From contig OZ004614.1 of the NCBI GenBank assembly GCA_963924565.1, forward strand, positions 16,616,001-16,680,000: DNA of 64,000 nucleotides, given 5' to 3'. Shown piece after piece: positions 1 to 13,600 of the stretch (position 1 is its first letter; each line of letters starts with the position of its first letter). The DNA comes from Ascidiella aspersa. Lineage: Eukaryota. Position numbers and translations under genes: made by a program. Under the pieces are notes generated by a model that saw only the letters and a list, made by a program, of their open reading frames with translations, made no database searches and had not been told where the DNA came from.

Positions 1-1565
1 AGTAAGCTTTGATATAAAAGATAGCACCTGCACTTCGGGGTGACGACGACTGATTTAAAGCAATGTTTATGTGAAATTGGAAAACTTAGCGATAATAAGG
101 TGTTTTGAACAACGAAGATATCCAATACAAATCTTAAACCTAGCTACAGTTACCCTTTCTACTTCAAACAATGCCAAACCACAAATATCCTGTTTAAAAA
201 CAAGCTAAAAATGGCCCAGCAAATTTGATGCCACCTCTGAATGTTTATTTAACCTCACTTACGATAAAACACCCGATTGGATATTGCTAACCTCGTTAAA
301 CAGGTTTTGTTATTGCTACAACTATTTTAAGTCGTTGGTTAAGGTTTAAAACAGCTAATTAAGGATTTAAGTGCCAACGCAAACTTCGTTGTATTTGATT
401 TTGATGCCCAGTGCCGTGAAGTACAAAATGTTACTCTACGGCAGCAAGCATACAAATACGATATTCAAAGGTGTTTTCTTAATTTGAAATAGAATAGAAT
501 TCTGTTTTTTTGCCACAGCACATTTAACGGTGCAGAGTTGCTACTTGAAGCAGTAGCGTTGAGTGTAACAGATTTTAGGCGAAACGCTTATAACCGGGCT
601 TATGTAAGCAGAAGGGATTTACCTTTTCCGAACAACTGAAATAGCGCCGCTCTTAAGAAAGCAAAGGCTCTGTAGGTACCCCGACGACGTAGCCCCAGAA
701 TAAACAAATCACCCGTCGGTGTTAAGGAAACCAACGTAACATCTGCACACAGTCTGATGGCAACGCCGATTAAACACCGCATCACGGCTGCTGTAAGACT
801 TGTTAATTGGAAACGCATAGGTGTGCACAGGGGCGGTTGCGTGAGAGGTATACAACCTTAAAACGTTACGATGGCGACCAGACTACCTTTCCTCTTTTTT
901 AAAAAATATGCTAAAGAAATCAAGTTTTAAACCGCATAGAAGTAAAATTACTTAAAGTGTAGTTGTGTTCCAATAATAAACGGGATCTGTCAATAAACGA
1001 CCCTCGGTCTCCCAAACCTCACAGCACCCTGAAATGAGCCCTAAAATCATTAGCGAACGAGGCTCGTGTTTGCCGACCTCATTTAGCGCCTATAGGCAGT
1101 TAGCTCATTACAAGGAGCTGTGTGTCGCAGGTTTTTCTCACCACCCCTTCGCCCTGCCGAAGCCGACGCGTCTGTGACGTCACAATTGACCGGCGGCCCG
1201 AAGCCATGAAAGGCGCCGAATTGAATGGGGCTCGAATTTGCGGTGGGGCGTGGGTTGACGAATTGACCCGGCTTGACCGTTAGTTGGTTTGTTCCGAAGC
1301 ACGTGTTTAGGTAATTCGATGGCAACTGTCAGGTTTTCGCAGATCGTAACATAATAGGTAGAGTTTTGTGATTTTACAACTCAACAGTTATAACGATAAA
1401 CGTTTTTTCACTTATTAACATAAACAAAACTGAAAAACACACATATATCCAGTAAGTTTTATAAGATAAGCGTATTCGCCTCGTTTCTAGTTAAAATAAT
1501 TATTTTTATCAACCTTTACCTAAAATAAGCTGCCTAAGATAAGGTTAACAAACAGAAATACTCAC

Positions 1566-1630
1566 GTAAAATTCCAAAAGACTGTGTTCCGCATCCTCGC
1601 GGTTAAGCTTTCGTCTTGTGGTAATGATTC
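1566..1630 (-). CDS. FAT1/2/3: Fat-like cadherin coding exon 5 (65 bp; GIITTRRKLNREDAEHSLLEFY), not in the ORF track
   Basis: Minus strand reads ttgtttcag|GAATCATT...GAATTTTAC|gtgagt. Phase 1 start matches the previous exon (..PETG). The peptide continues the cadherin repeat (G-I-T...L-N/D-RE). The gene continues beyond position 1. Confidence 0.9.
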
Positions 1631-4600
1631 CTGAAACAATAATAAGCACGATGATTAAAACAAAACAATCACGTTGATGTCAACAAATAAAAAATACCTT
1701 TTTGTGAGTTTATGAGTGTTAGGAGTGTTAATTTAACACTAAAATATTTTGCCTTATCAATCAATAGGGCAACACTTCCTATATTACACTTGTAAAGAAA
1801 CAGGTTGTATTGAGTATATTGCATTTCCGCTATCGATAGCGGCCCAGTTACAAACCATCTCCGTATATCTGTCATTAATATTGCAGGAGGCAATTTCGCT
1901 AATTTGTAATTCACCGCTTTGCACTTCATTACAGACAGATTAAAAGCTAGCGTGGGTTGAAAAATAATTTCCAGTTGACCGCTTTTTGCAATTACTTTTA
2001 ATAAAGATGAGGTAAATAAAGACAGCCCAAAAAGTTTCAAGCAGGATGAACAATGGTATTTATAAACGCCTTACTGCTGACACGGTAAATTGTTTTTATG
2101 AAGGTTGCGTAAAAAATGAAATTGTGACTAAAAATAGTGTATATTTAATTACGATTGAATATACTGAAGTCTATGGCAGATTTTGAAACCAGAACGACCG
2201 GTATACCATATGAGAAAGCATATATTTAAAAATCAAAACTATAAAATCGATACTTTACGAGATTGTAGGATTTATCGCGATTTAACATATTTATAGTGGC
2301 AAGATGAACTGACTCGACAATGGCGTTTGTGTTACCGGGCGACTGGCATACAATGTAACGACGCTAAGACAGATTTATACCGCGATAACGACCCTGGTGA
2401 ATTATTACAGGCTGTTCGATCGTTGAAATAATTTTTAAACAAGCAAGGCAGATTGACAATGTGTTTACGTTGCAATCAAGGTATCTCGTTAACGACCGTT
2501 CAATAGGTGCCCTCGCGCACTAAACGACAAAAGAAAATGTAATTTATCATGATTTTCGTTAACACCTGCCTTTGTAAATACGATAACCGGAATAGGCGCA
2601 TAGGGATACTAAAACAATGCGGCGATTGTACACCTGAGACGAACGAGGACGTTGATACAACGAATCCAAAAAAGGACACATCTGTTTTAACTAAAACACA
2701 CCATGATAAAAAACTTCTCGTTCAGTAGGTAATGCATTGCTAACAAATATCAATCTCTTTATATTAAAAAGCGTAAAAACGAAAGTTTGTCTCGGCAAAC
2801 TATTATGTCAAATATCAAACATCGCTGTGCAACGTTCCTCGTCTCAAGCGACTAATGAAATAAAAATATAATGCTCCATATAACATATTTCATGCACACG
2901 ACTCGACCCCTCTTTGAGTGTATTTCAACTTTGATTAGAACACAAACAGAACCGTCTGAATTGACTAGTCGATTTTAAACGCTGATTACACAATTCTGTA
3001 TGTTGACTGTTCCTTGGCGCAAATAACGCGTGGTAAAATTAAAGTGGTGTTCTGCACAAACCACTCGAGTCTTATCGAGAACCTCGTGTTGTATGTTTAC
3101 CCAAAATATTTTACCACTATAGCCAAAAATGCCGATTGATGTTAGACGCTGCTGCGTTCCCAGCGTCTTGAATTGAAACCCTTCCAACTTCATCAAGTAA
3201 ATGTTAGATACTATAAAATTCAGAATACATTCAGCTTTAGGGCACTTTAACGGAAGTAGGTTTAACAAAGGTGAGTTATAGGTAGGTATTATACAGAGCT
3301 TGAAACAAGCATAATCAGAGCCAACCTCTTATCTTGAGATGGCGATAGTTACAGCAGGAATCATCGTTAACGAGTGTTGTAAAAGTGTGAAAATATGCTT
3401 CCACTGATAAGAAAGCAGCAAGGTTGCGCGTTTATCAATGCATTTCACGGAAACGCCACAATCAAGGTTTCTTACATTTAGCAACAGTTGGCAAATTAAG
3501 TCTGTCTTAAACTAGAAACTATATGGTTTCATAATATTGATTAAAGTACAATTTTATCTGGGGAAAGTCAGAAATGTTTTACCGCACTAACAACATTTTC
3601 AAATCAATCACGTTAAATAAAATTTAAATATAAGAGTAAAAGACGTAAAGCGAGCAGGCCAAGTTTCAAAACGTGCTCGAACACCGTCAAGGGCAGCTTA
3701 CTGAAAGAGCTTTTGTACTCGCAACGCTCCCGCCGACAATTTTCTTTAAAACGCGCGAGCATTGTCCAAGTGCAAGAATTCCTGAGGGTACGAAGATCAG
3801 AGGGCCCGAAATTCGGTTGCCGTAATCCGGTAACTGAAGAAGCCGTGATGAACTGGCAACAATGGCGCTCACGTCAAGTACTGTTAAGGTGTTAGGTTGG
3901 GCGACCGAGTTGCTGAAACGCAATCTATAAACTGCACACCGGGTACGGGCAGCACTAAGCTTATCTTGATTAAACCCTGCTGCTGACAATGTCAATAAAT
4001 TACGCACATCATAGCAAAGGCTTTGGTCGACCGGGTTTCACAAGGGCACATTGTCAGGATGTTGTCACTACATTGATTTCGCGAATTAGTTATTGCAACT
4101 TGGTAATCGCTTTGTGATTGAAGGATTAAGATATGGCGAAGGTACCCAACGTATGTTTGTTTGACAATAAACTGTTCGCCGGTTCGCGGTAACAAGCGAC
4201 TGAACTCGGACCAATGCACAACAACATGAATGACACTATCGGTCATCGGGTTTTTATAAATTACGTTCACTGAACACTTCAAAATAATGGTTATATAGAG
4301 ATGTTGGCGTTACGAATGTCTTATTCATTCTATATTAAAACTTAAAACGTGACCCGAAAATGCAATGGGTTTGCTAATAGTAAATGTTGAAAAAGGCGAT
4401 AAAAACAAAGACAGAATGCGGCTGTCACAATCAGTCAAAAAATAAAGCGCATAAAATGGATAAAAAAATAAAATCCTGCCTTTTCAACGTGGCATTCCAG
4501 CAGGGGCGTGAAACGGCACCCCGTCGTCAGCAGTTTCTCAATTTCGCGCCGAGTGACAAGGTTCGACCAGCGGGAGTCGAAAGGCGACTCGCGAAAGAAG

Positions 4601-7600
4601 ACAAACAGTGAGAACCTAATAGTAATAACCCCGTGTTTTTGCTCTGCGCGACCTGATGTGGTTTTGCATTACTGGAGTGGTTGGACAAAATGTTTCGCAC
4701 TAAAACATCAATTATTTTTGACAGTTGTAGAATGTACCCCGACACTCGACACACACATTTAAGGTAATTACAAAAATAAAACACAAAAGAAGCGTCGCAG
4801 ATCCATTTCAAAGGGCGAAGATTGCTAAAAGCAGAGCGTAATGGACAAATAAAGAGGAAACATAGTGCGAATGCGCTTCTTACAAATATTTCCAGAGCTT
4901 GTATACGCAGAAAATGAGGACGATTGACGAATACAATACGGACTCGAATCGCAAAAAGTGTGCTTAATGGTAAATTGTTGAACCGCTGAACACAGAACGT
5001 TATAACAGGCAGCTATTTGTCACTTTTAATACAAATGACGGGTCGACTTCATTTTTTTCTTGGCTATTGGTGATGGGTCTCCTGCCGACCCTAGATAAGA
5101 ATGCATTTCTTTTTTTAGTCGAGATAAATTGATTTAAGACAGGCGCCGAAACTTTTCAACTCAGCAACAGATAACAGAAAATAAAAAGCATCTAAATGGG
5201 AATTGGAGCATACCTATCACGTAACTATTCAATTTTATTTTAAGATCCGCGAATATATTTCGAATATCAGTTGCGCGCCCACTCGACTATGGAGAAACGC
5301 ACCGTTATACCTACTCGCAGTATAGGGTGTTTTTATTTACCTGACAATTTTATCCGACACCCACAGTCGCTTCTATTCAAGTGTGGGAGATACAACAATA
5401 GGCCACAGCGCATTGTGAAAACAGCCGGAAAGCGAATGCTGCTTCGCGGCGAATCATCTTTGCACTGATACCGCCTTTATGGATACCACAATTGGGAGCC
5501 AGGCATTGTTTCAATCAATTCTTGGTTTACGTTCGACCAACTTTCCCACCCTGGCCATTGTTCGTTGTCGAGCGCGATCGCCATGGCTTTGTTTGATTCG
5601 TTATGACGTCATAAAGAAGACGGCGATATCTGGCGGCAGCGAATCGAGCGCGATGCCTTTGATTAACTAAATCTTTTCACACCAGCGAGACAAAGGTCGC
5701 CGAAGCAATTAATTTGCGCCGCATTCGATGGCGCTTGGATCGACCCGGTGTGACGTCACTGATCCCTTGGCCGGTCTTGCTGTCAAGTGAAGAAAAACAC
5801 AAATTTGCGCCGCGAGTGACCCTTGACCCAGGATCCGAGCAGTAATTTGCTGTGATAACAAGCAGGTCGTTATGCTGCCATCCGGGCGTGTGCCAGACTG
5901 GCCGAGTGTTTAGCAGCTTTAAACGACTTGACGAAAGCAAGTTTGTTTCACTAACGAGAAAAGACAAAACACACCAAAGCAAAATAAAGACCCTAAATGT
6001 TAGCAGCTCGATAAACCATGAACCGCTTTAAATGCAAATTGTGTGTCAAACTACACCCTTTACTTGGTATAACGGTTAAAAAAGAAAAAAGAACGAACCT
6101 CAAACCTGACAGCTCGTCACTACTTCTCAACATACTACAAAACTAATAAGGCAGTTCTTATCGAAATTTATCAACACAAAGGCTTTGATATTGCTTTAAA
6201 AATGCAACCGGCGTTAGTTTTGACAATAAATAACGCAGCGGCTGTGTTTAGGCGATTCGGATTAAGTCCTTGTTTTGTAAGCATTATGCCGCTCATCACT
6301 TTCATACAACTGGTGGTTTTAGTACGGAGAAAACAAAATAAATGGTATTGAGAGCGGAAATTATTTAATATTTAACGATTGAACAATGAGCAAAAGAGTA
6401 CAGATAGAATGTTTTGCTAACATTTTATGTAGTTTAAAGAGCTATGCACAAGAAGAATAACATAAAACATTAGTTTTGTGTTCTGAAAAAAAAAACATAT
6501 TTTTGCAAAGCGCCCTAAATATTGGGAAACGCTTTTTCGCAACGTCTAACCTCGTACAATTTTCCCGCCGCAAACAAAACAATTTTAACGATTTCCTTGC
6601 CTGAATTGCAACCGTCTAAACGCCTAAAAGCGTAGATTAACCTTTCAGCAAGTCGTTCAACTGCATCAGAACCAGACCAATCTTGTTTTGTTTGCATAGC
6701 AAATTATTCAAGGCGATTCGCGTTTGGTTCGAATATATTTGCTTAACATTAAAAAATAGCAAGTCGGGTTTCCAATTTATCTATGATTGCAATTTTGTAA
6801 ACAAGTCTGGTATATTTGCTAGTTTTTATGTTCTGTAGTTGCAACAAAAGCGGGCTTTAGAAAGTTCGTGAAACAAATCAGCAACTACAGTTTTTCGCCC
6901 CCGGTTTTAAAAAAACGGACTTAATTGTGTTCGCGCCCTTTCCCGTCGCACCAGTGTAAACAAGCAATGTGGCGAAACGAGCGACGGGCAAGCAAAGTAG
7001 GAAATGACCGGGCATCATAAAACGACGCACGAATCGCTCAGTCCAATTTGGGTGGCGGCTGGTGAGTGGTGCGCACCAATTGTTGCTCTTTTTTTTGCGC
7101 CGAGCTCGCAAAATTCGCAATTTTCGCAAATTGATCGGGACCGCTTTTTTCGACGCGGTTTTAGAAGGCAAGATTTAGCCGTCTACTAACCGACCGTATT
7201 TCTAACCGGTCGTGCTGCGCCCAGTATTCTGTTTTTCATTTAAAAACGCTGATGTTTATATTTCACCCTCTTTATTGTCAACACTAACGAACATATTACT
7301 TAATCCATGACATTCGTTTCTGTTATAAATCGGTTAACAAGATCACATGTCCAATCATTAAAATAACAAGATACGAGATCCTGATACAATTTAAGCTTGA
7401 CAGTAATATTCGTTGTTTGGTTCAAACAACAAACACACCATAAAACGTATTAATTCCCACCCGACAGTAAATATGTTTTGTGCAATAACATCAGCAATCT
7501 TGTTTCTAAACTTCCATGCAGTTCACATTACTTTGTGCGTTTTACGTTTATAGAGTGACTCATATTATAGAATATTTCTCTTCACCAGGCCTTTGTCCAT

Positions 7601-10600
7601 GCCCACACAGGTGAACAACGGTGAAGCAGTATTACCAATGGTTTTATTATCTAGTGGCGAGCTTAAAGCAGGTCGTGCATAGCTTGTATTCTAGCTCTGA
7701 TTTATTCAATAGTTTTGTATACCAATGTTAAAAACTATTAATTTTGGTTTCCGTTCTTCGAAATCGTGTAAAATACAAGGGTCCAGGCAACTACCGACGA
7801 ACAACATCACGCTGTCGACATCTGTGTAAATCAACATCTCTTTGATGGCTTTATAAGGACTTAGTCGAGAAATCAAGCCTTCTCAAACATGGTAATTGCA
7901 AAAAAACAAACATTTACCGGGTAACGAAGACGACATGGGCACAATCTAAAATTTCACGGTTTCCTTGAAAGCAGCTTGTTTGGAAGCACTTTCCCTTGGG
8001 TACAAAGTTTGATTAAGCATTAATTACAGAAGTACAAGCGGCGGACAGTCCGACGCACAATCGCACGCACAATCAACGAACTGGCGTAATGTCTCGATCC
8101 TTTGAAACCCTCCTTGAAATCAGGCGGCGCTTTCCGGGGGAAACAAAAAGCCCCCCAGGCCTGAGGCGCGTCGCTGCCGAACAATGGGGTGTCGGCGAAA
8201 ATCTCAGACCGCTTTCTCCCGAGGACGGGTTCCGGTCGCAAAATTTCCACGGGCGCGATATTCCTTGAGCGGGATATGATCCACGTCTTAATAAAGAGCA
8301 CGTGTGTGTGTGTTTGGCGTGCGTGTGTGTTATAACACCTCTGCACTATCACAATGGTCTCACTGCGGGGCTCCGAAGAATCTCGTTTTGGTCGCGTGTG
8401 ACTTCACGTTTTGAAAACACATTGAGCTTTTTGGCGAGACTCTGTCGTTTATACGGGAGCAGCTATCAAAACAACGATCGCTTCGCTAGTTTGGGATTTG
8501 CAGCGACGGCGTGATGAGGACTGTTGTTTTTTGCGACTTAAAACTGACAAGGGGCCTAAATGGTAAAATTTTATAAACGCGGGAAACCTATCCTGTCTAC
8601 AATTGTCGCATAGAAATTGTTAACAACATTAACAACTATGAACATTGAACATATAATAAAAGGAACAATGTTAATTATTCTGTTTAATATTTCTTAGAAA
8701 CTCCAGTTGCTTCCTTTAATAAAACCAATTCGCATGGTTTAGAAAAAAAATACTAACAACAACGAATAGCTTCGGACAAAAATAGTACCAGGCCAACCAA
8801 TATTGAGTCTGGCAGCCATCATAAATAAATTCAGACACAGCTCAATCTATGACGTTTAATTAAGATGCCATGGTATTATACGACAAAGGGTTTCTCCAGA
8901 TTCGTAGAAATCAACGCAGACCAACTCCGGTCGCAGACAAAGAGCTACGCGTTATCGGCCATTCAAGTCCACCAAGTCATAGGCCGGATATTGGTATGTT
9001 TTTAATCCAAAGGTCTGACAAGTGTAGAAATGTAACTGCGCGTTGGTAGGGCGACCAGGAACGCAACGCATAACGTCTTGTTTATGTCGCAATTAGCGTA
9101 CACAGGAAGGGCATTGTAGGTATTGAAATGCACTCGGTCGTTAAGTTATACTTTGTTAGGGCTTGTAATTTCATGCATATGGTTAAAGTCAAGAAAAAAC
9201 AAGACACTGTGTTCTGTTTTTAGCAGCGGTCCTTCGTTGGTTCGACAACTATAAATCACATAGTACAAACGAGTCGCGATTCATCAACTGATTTATAGCA
9301 ATTAGCGGATTACAAATAGACAGCGGTGTTTTAATAAGATTATGGCGCAGTATAACCCTATTAAACAAGCGTACAGTCAAAAATCTCTTTAGCAAATGTT
9401 TTTGGAGCGATAAAATGGGCGTGTCAAGCAATCGGCGACCTTTAGAATAAAAACTATGGGTTTAAGAAGCGTTAAGCTTATAAATGTCGGATTGAACTGT
9501 TTTCAGGACAACACCCAGATTTAACTTTCGACAATGCGATTGGGCGGCGTACGGATTAAAATTCCGTAACGAATGTGCAAAATGTTTACATGTCCTACAG
9601 CGAAGGAAATGCGCGAATTGGGGTTTCCAGTTGACAAAAAGACTTCATTCCAATCGCAAATACTGCCACATAGCAATGCGATTTTACTGTTTCATATCAG
9701 TCGCTTCAAGCTATATTAAACTGATTGGGTTTTAAACACTTTACCCATTAAATATTGAGACGGTTTAGTAAGGTTACAGCTGTAATTTAAAAATCCTAGC
9801 AACCAGGTTGAAAAAACATGGGGACAACATAAGGTGTATTGTCGACAAAACTATAAATCGCGAATTTCGTCACAAAATTTTCACCGCGATTTTAGTCTAC
9901 GGTATTCCGCATTCGTAATTGCTCAATCAAATCTCGCAGGCACGAAAGCGTCACGTCGTCTTAAGGCCGGCACCACAGCAACCTAGTTTAATTTAATTAG
10001 TTCCTCGCAATGAAATGGTTCGAGGGCTGAGTTGTTTGTTCCAAGGTGAATGGAAAGCGAAGCCTTTATGAATGGTTATATATGTTATCGCGGACAATAT
10101 CGCTGTCTAAATGTATTAAGCCACAAGGTGAGAAAGGCACGAATGCGGTTTCGCCACCCCCCCTGTAACGCTTAATAAAGGGCATTTGTCGTCAAAAAAG
10201 TTATTATTTACGACCACTCGAATAAAAAATACTTTTTTTTCTGCAAAAGTGTTAGTATATTTTCTTTAAAATAGTAACAAAATTGTAATAAATTGCAATG
10301 CATACAAAAAAATACAAAAAAAGTTCACTTAAATATACTCGATACCCCCACTGGCGATTAGATTAGTACGATATCGATTCGTACCGTGTGAATATCGGAT
10401 TATATCGTGTATGTTCCCTCGTTTTGTGAAATCGCGCTTTTGAAACGTTTGTGTCCGACACGCAAGAAACATTGGTCTACCCTGCTATTGACTAGTCATG
10501 CACTGTATCGGTGAAACTTGTAGATGGAGCGATCGGCCGAAGTACAAGAACTGTGAGGGGATCGATTATGTTCTGTACATCACCTCATAGATTTGGCTTT

Positions 10601-13600
10601 ATACTACGTAAATTTTCTGGTCAGCACAATAGGGTGCGGAGGCAGATTCTTTTCATTCATAGCCAAGTAATACAAAAATAGACAATTGAGAAATGTATAT
10701 TTTGGAATTGTTTAAAAAACATAAAAAGCGTTATCGGATAAATGTTGGTTCCATCAGAAAGTAAATTGGGCATGTGGAAGTTCGTTTTCAGCCCCTTTGC
10801 AAAAATAACTAAAAAAATGAAGTTAAATCATTGCACTCGAATTAACTACATAAAGAAACCAACCAAACCTGTACAGCTCATTTCCTATAGAAAAACGTCG
10901 AAAGAGAAGCTTCAAGTAAGCAGGATAAACGGACAAGGGTCCTCACACCACTCGATCGAAAAGTGTCGTGTGTGTCGTCAACGCGTTAGTCATAAGGTAG
11001 TCTTTCTACATGTTGGTGAGCGTTTATAACGTCGCACAAATGTACAATACCCAGCTTTAATCTTGCCGCTTTCAACGCGCTAATGGTCCTCGTTTCGAAG
11101 CGATAATTACCTCGTTGGCAGGGGTGACTCTGCGCTTACCCATACTTTAACTAAGAGTTTGACGCGTCACTTCCAACCTATTACGCAAACCATGGTCGTT
11201 TGAAACACTGGAAACTGTAAAACTTTTTTTGAGCAAAAGTTACTCGAAAAATGTGACCTTGCAAAATCATTGCCAAATAAGGTGTGTTGTTTTCTTTGAA
11301 ATGAGGATAAGTTGTGCTGATGAAAAAATATTAATAGCTAAATGAAATTGATAGATTTGAATCTTTGTCCTGCAAACCAACCATTGACTTGATGGTAAAA
11401 CAAATATACAAACCAGAGCAGTGTTCCCCTAGCGTTTTAAACGATTTTTATTAAACGATGTTGTTGTAAGTGGCGACTCAATGATATTTTAAAAGCATGT
11501 CTTACGAAAACGACGCCAGTAATTATATTATCAAACAGCGGCTTCTAGGGCGCATCGTAAACCTTAACAGCGACGTATCGCGCAAAGCAAATAGGGTTAT
11601 TGTTTTCGAGAGTACAATGTACAGTAACCGACAGTCTGGTCCACAGTTGGCAAGATCAATCGATCTGCCGATTGTGGGGAAATACATAAAACAATGACAC
11701 GAGACGGTACATGAAAGAACTTTAATATTGACTGTCCCAAATGTAGTCGTTTTGTTTGCCTAAATGTTTTCGTCCCGCATAGCTATAGAGAATGTGGTGC
11801 AAAACGTTTCTTTGGTTTTTAAAGACAATATCTAAAGGTTTTTGCTAAGCTATTTGGATTAGTACTGACAATCGCGTGACAGGCGTTATTCAAAAGTAGT
11901 AAAGTACCATATCATTTAACATCCTTCTATTTTGTGCTACTAGTTTTCAACTAGGATTCAAAAAAGGGCAAACCCATACATTTTGATTGAAAATAGTATT
12001 GCAGACGGCCAATATTCACCCACCATTAAAATTCAAACAAATCCTACGGCGAATACTGTGTAGGAGGCGCTAATATAGAGAAGTTGTGTCAATCACCAGA
12101 GTAAGAGGAACTACATTCCTTTGGAAATCGCAAACTCGCCCATAGCCATGCATCCCCCCGATGACTATACAGAGACAAATCGGTTATTTTTAGCCAAGTT
12201 ACATCAGACGTTACTTAAGCATTACTGTACCCGCTGTCGGTGCCACTGACGTTCTCATTGACGTTTTTTTAAATCAAATGTGGCAAAGGTGTTGAAATTT
12301 TGTCGGTTTTCCTGTCTGGCGCCATGCCGTTCGTATCATCCGACCAACGACGTGCGTTGACGATCCGACATGAAGAGCATTGGGGATTATTATAAGCTCG
12401 AATCATGACGCATCTCAGAAATAAGGCTATTCGGATTTTTTAATCCTGTGTTGTGCCATGTCGGGGGTTCACGTCTCTTTTCAATTATGAACTTTTTAAG
12501 CAGTGTTGACTTGGGTTTGCTAAAAATTTAAATATAGACCAAACGCCCAAAATATACTTTTTACCTCAAACGGCGAACGTTGTTTGTACATACCTTTTTG
12601 CAAATGTAGCGCGAGCCCAGTGGGTGAGTAACTGAATATAAATGGCTAACAAAACCTTAAGTCAAGATATATTAGTTTAAAACCACAAAATCATGAAGTT
12701 TTAAAAGAAGTTGCAGAAAATACACGCGCGCGACAGTCATACACACACACCCTGCAGCGGACAGGTGAAAACAGCACGTCGCTAGAAGGAATTCGCAAGG
12801 CACACATCGGCGAAATTCGGCTGGGCGTTCTTATCGCCGGCGAAGGCGCTGATACAACAAGGTCGCTTGTCGTGATGTCAGCATTAGCGTTGAATACCAG
12901 GGGGCGCGATGTTTGCTCGCGATAGCGCGACAAGGAATCGGGGATTAAGCATCGTTTGGCCAGACCCGGGAGTGTATTGCACAACCCGGTGTAGCTACGG
13001 CGACAAGAAATGGGGGAGTTTTGTTTAGTGACGGGCCTTTTCATTGCGCTTCACAATTGGCTAGTTAAACAGCAGTTAGCTGGTGTCTCAAAGAAACGCC
13101 GAAACTTTCTTCTTGTGTCACAATCTAAACGTTCCTCTGAGAACGAAAATATCTCCGATCAGCTTAATTTCTGATTCGAAAAAAAGATAAACCATTTTGT
13201 CATTTTGATTATTATTATCACTCGGTCATAAATACCGGCTATTAAAACACACACTCATTATAAAACCTTGGACTGCTTTTTAAGTGACCTGAGTATCCTC
13301 GTGGCAACAAGTAGATTTTTTTTTATTTAGCAGCAATTAACAATTAAATAAAGCCACGTTATATTACTACTTATTAGCATGTGTGTAAACACGGAAAACT
13401 GCAGGGAAAATGTCCACCTCGAATGTTGCAATGTAATAAAGATAAGTTTCGTACAGATCCCGAATTGGCGTTCAACGACACTTAACATTTGTTTTAGAGT
13501 TCAAAAACACACAGTTCTACGCTCTTCAAACATAAATATTTGCCGTCACAGGATATTAGCCCTACACGACCAGTCTCGTTGGGAACGTGGGTGGCTTGAT

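Noticed and set aside
997-1030. 11-nt match (cggtctcccaa) to the tRNA-like element, also 5S box C-like
   Set aside because: Flanks do not extend the match or fold into a cloverleaf.
8511-8548. C box GTGATGA ... D box CTGA
   Set aside because: Too short for a C/D snoRNA and no terminal stem.
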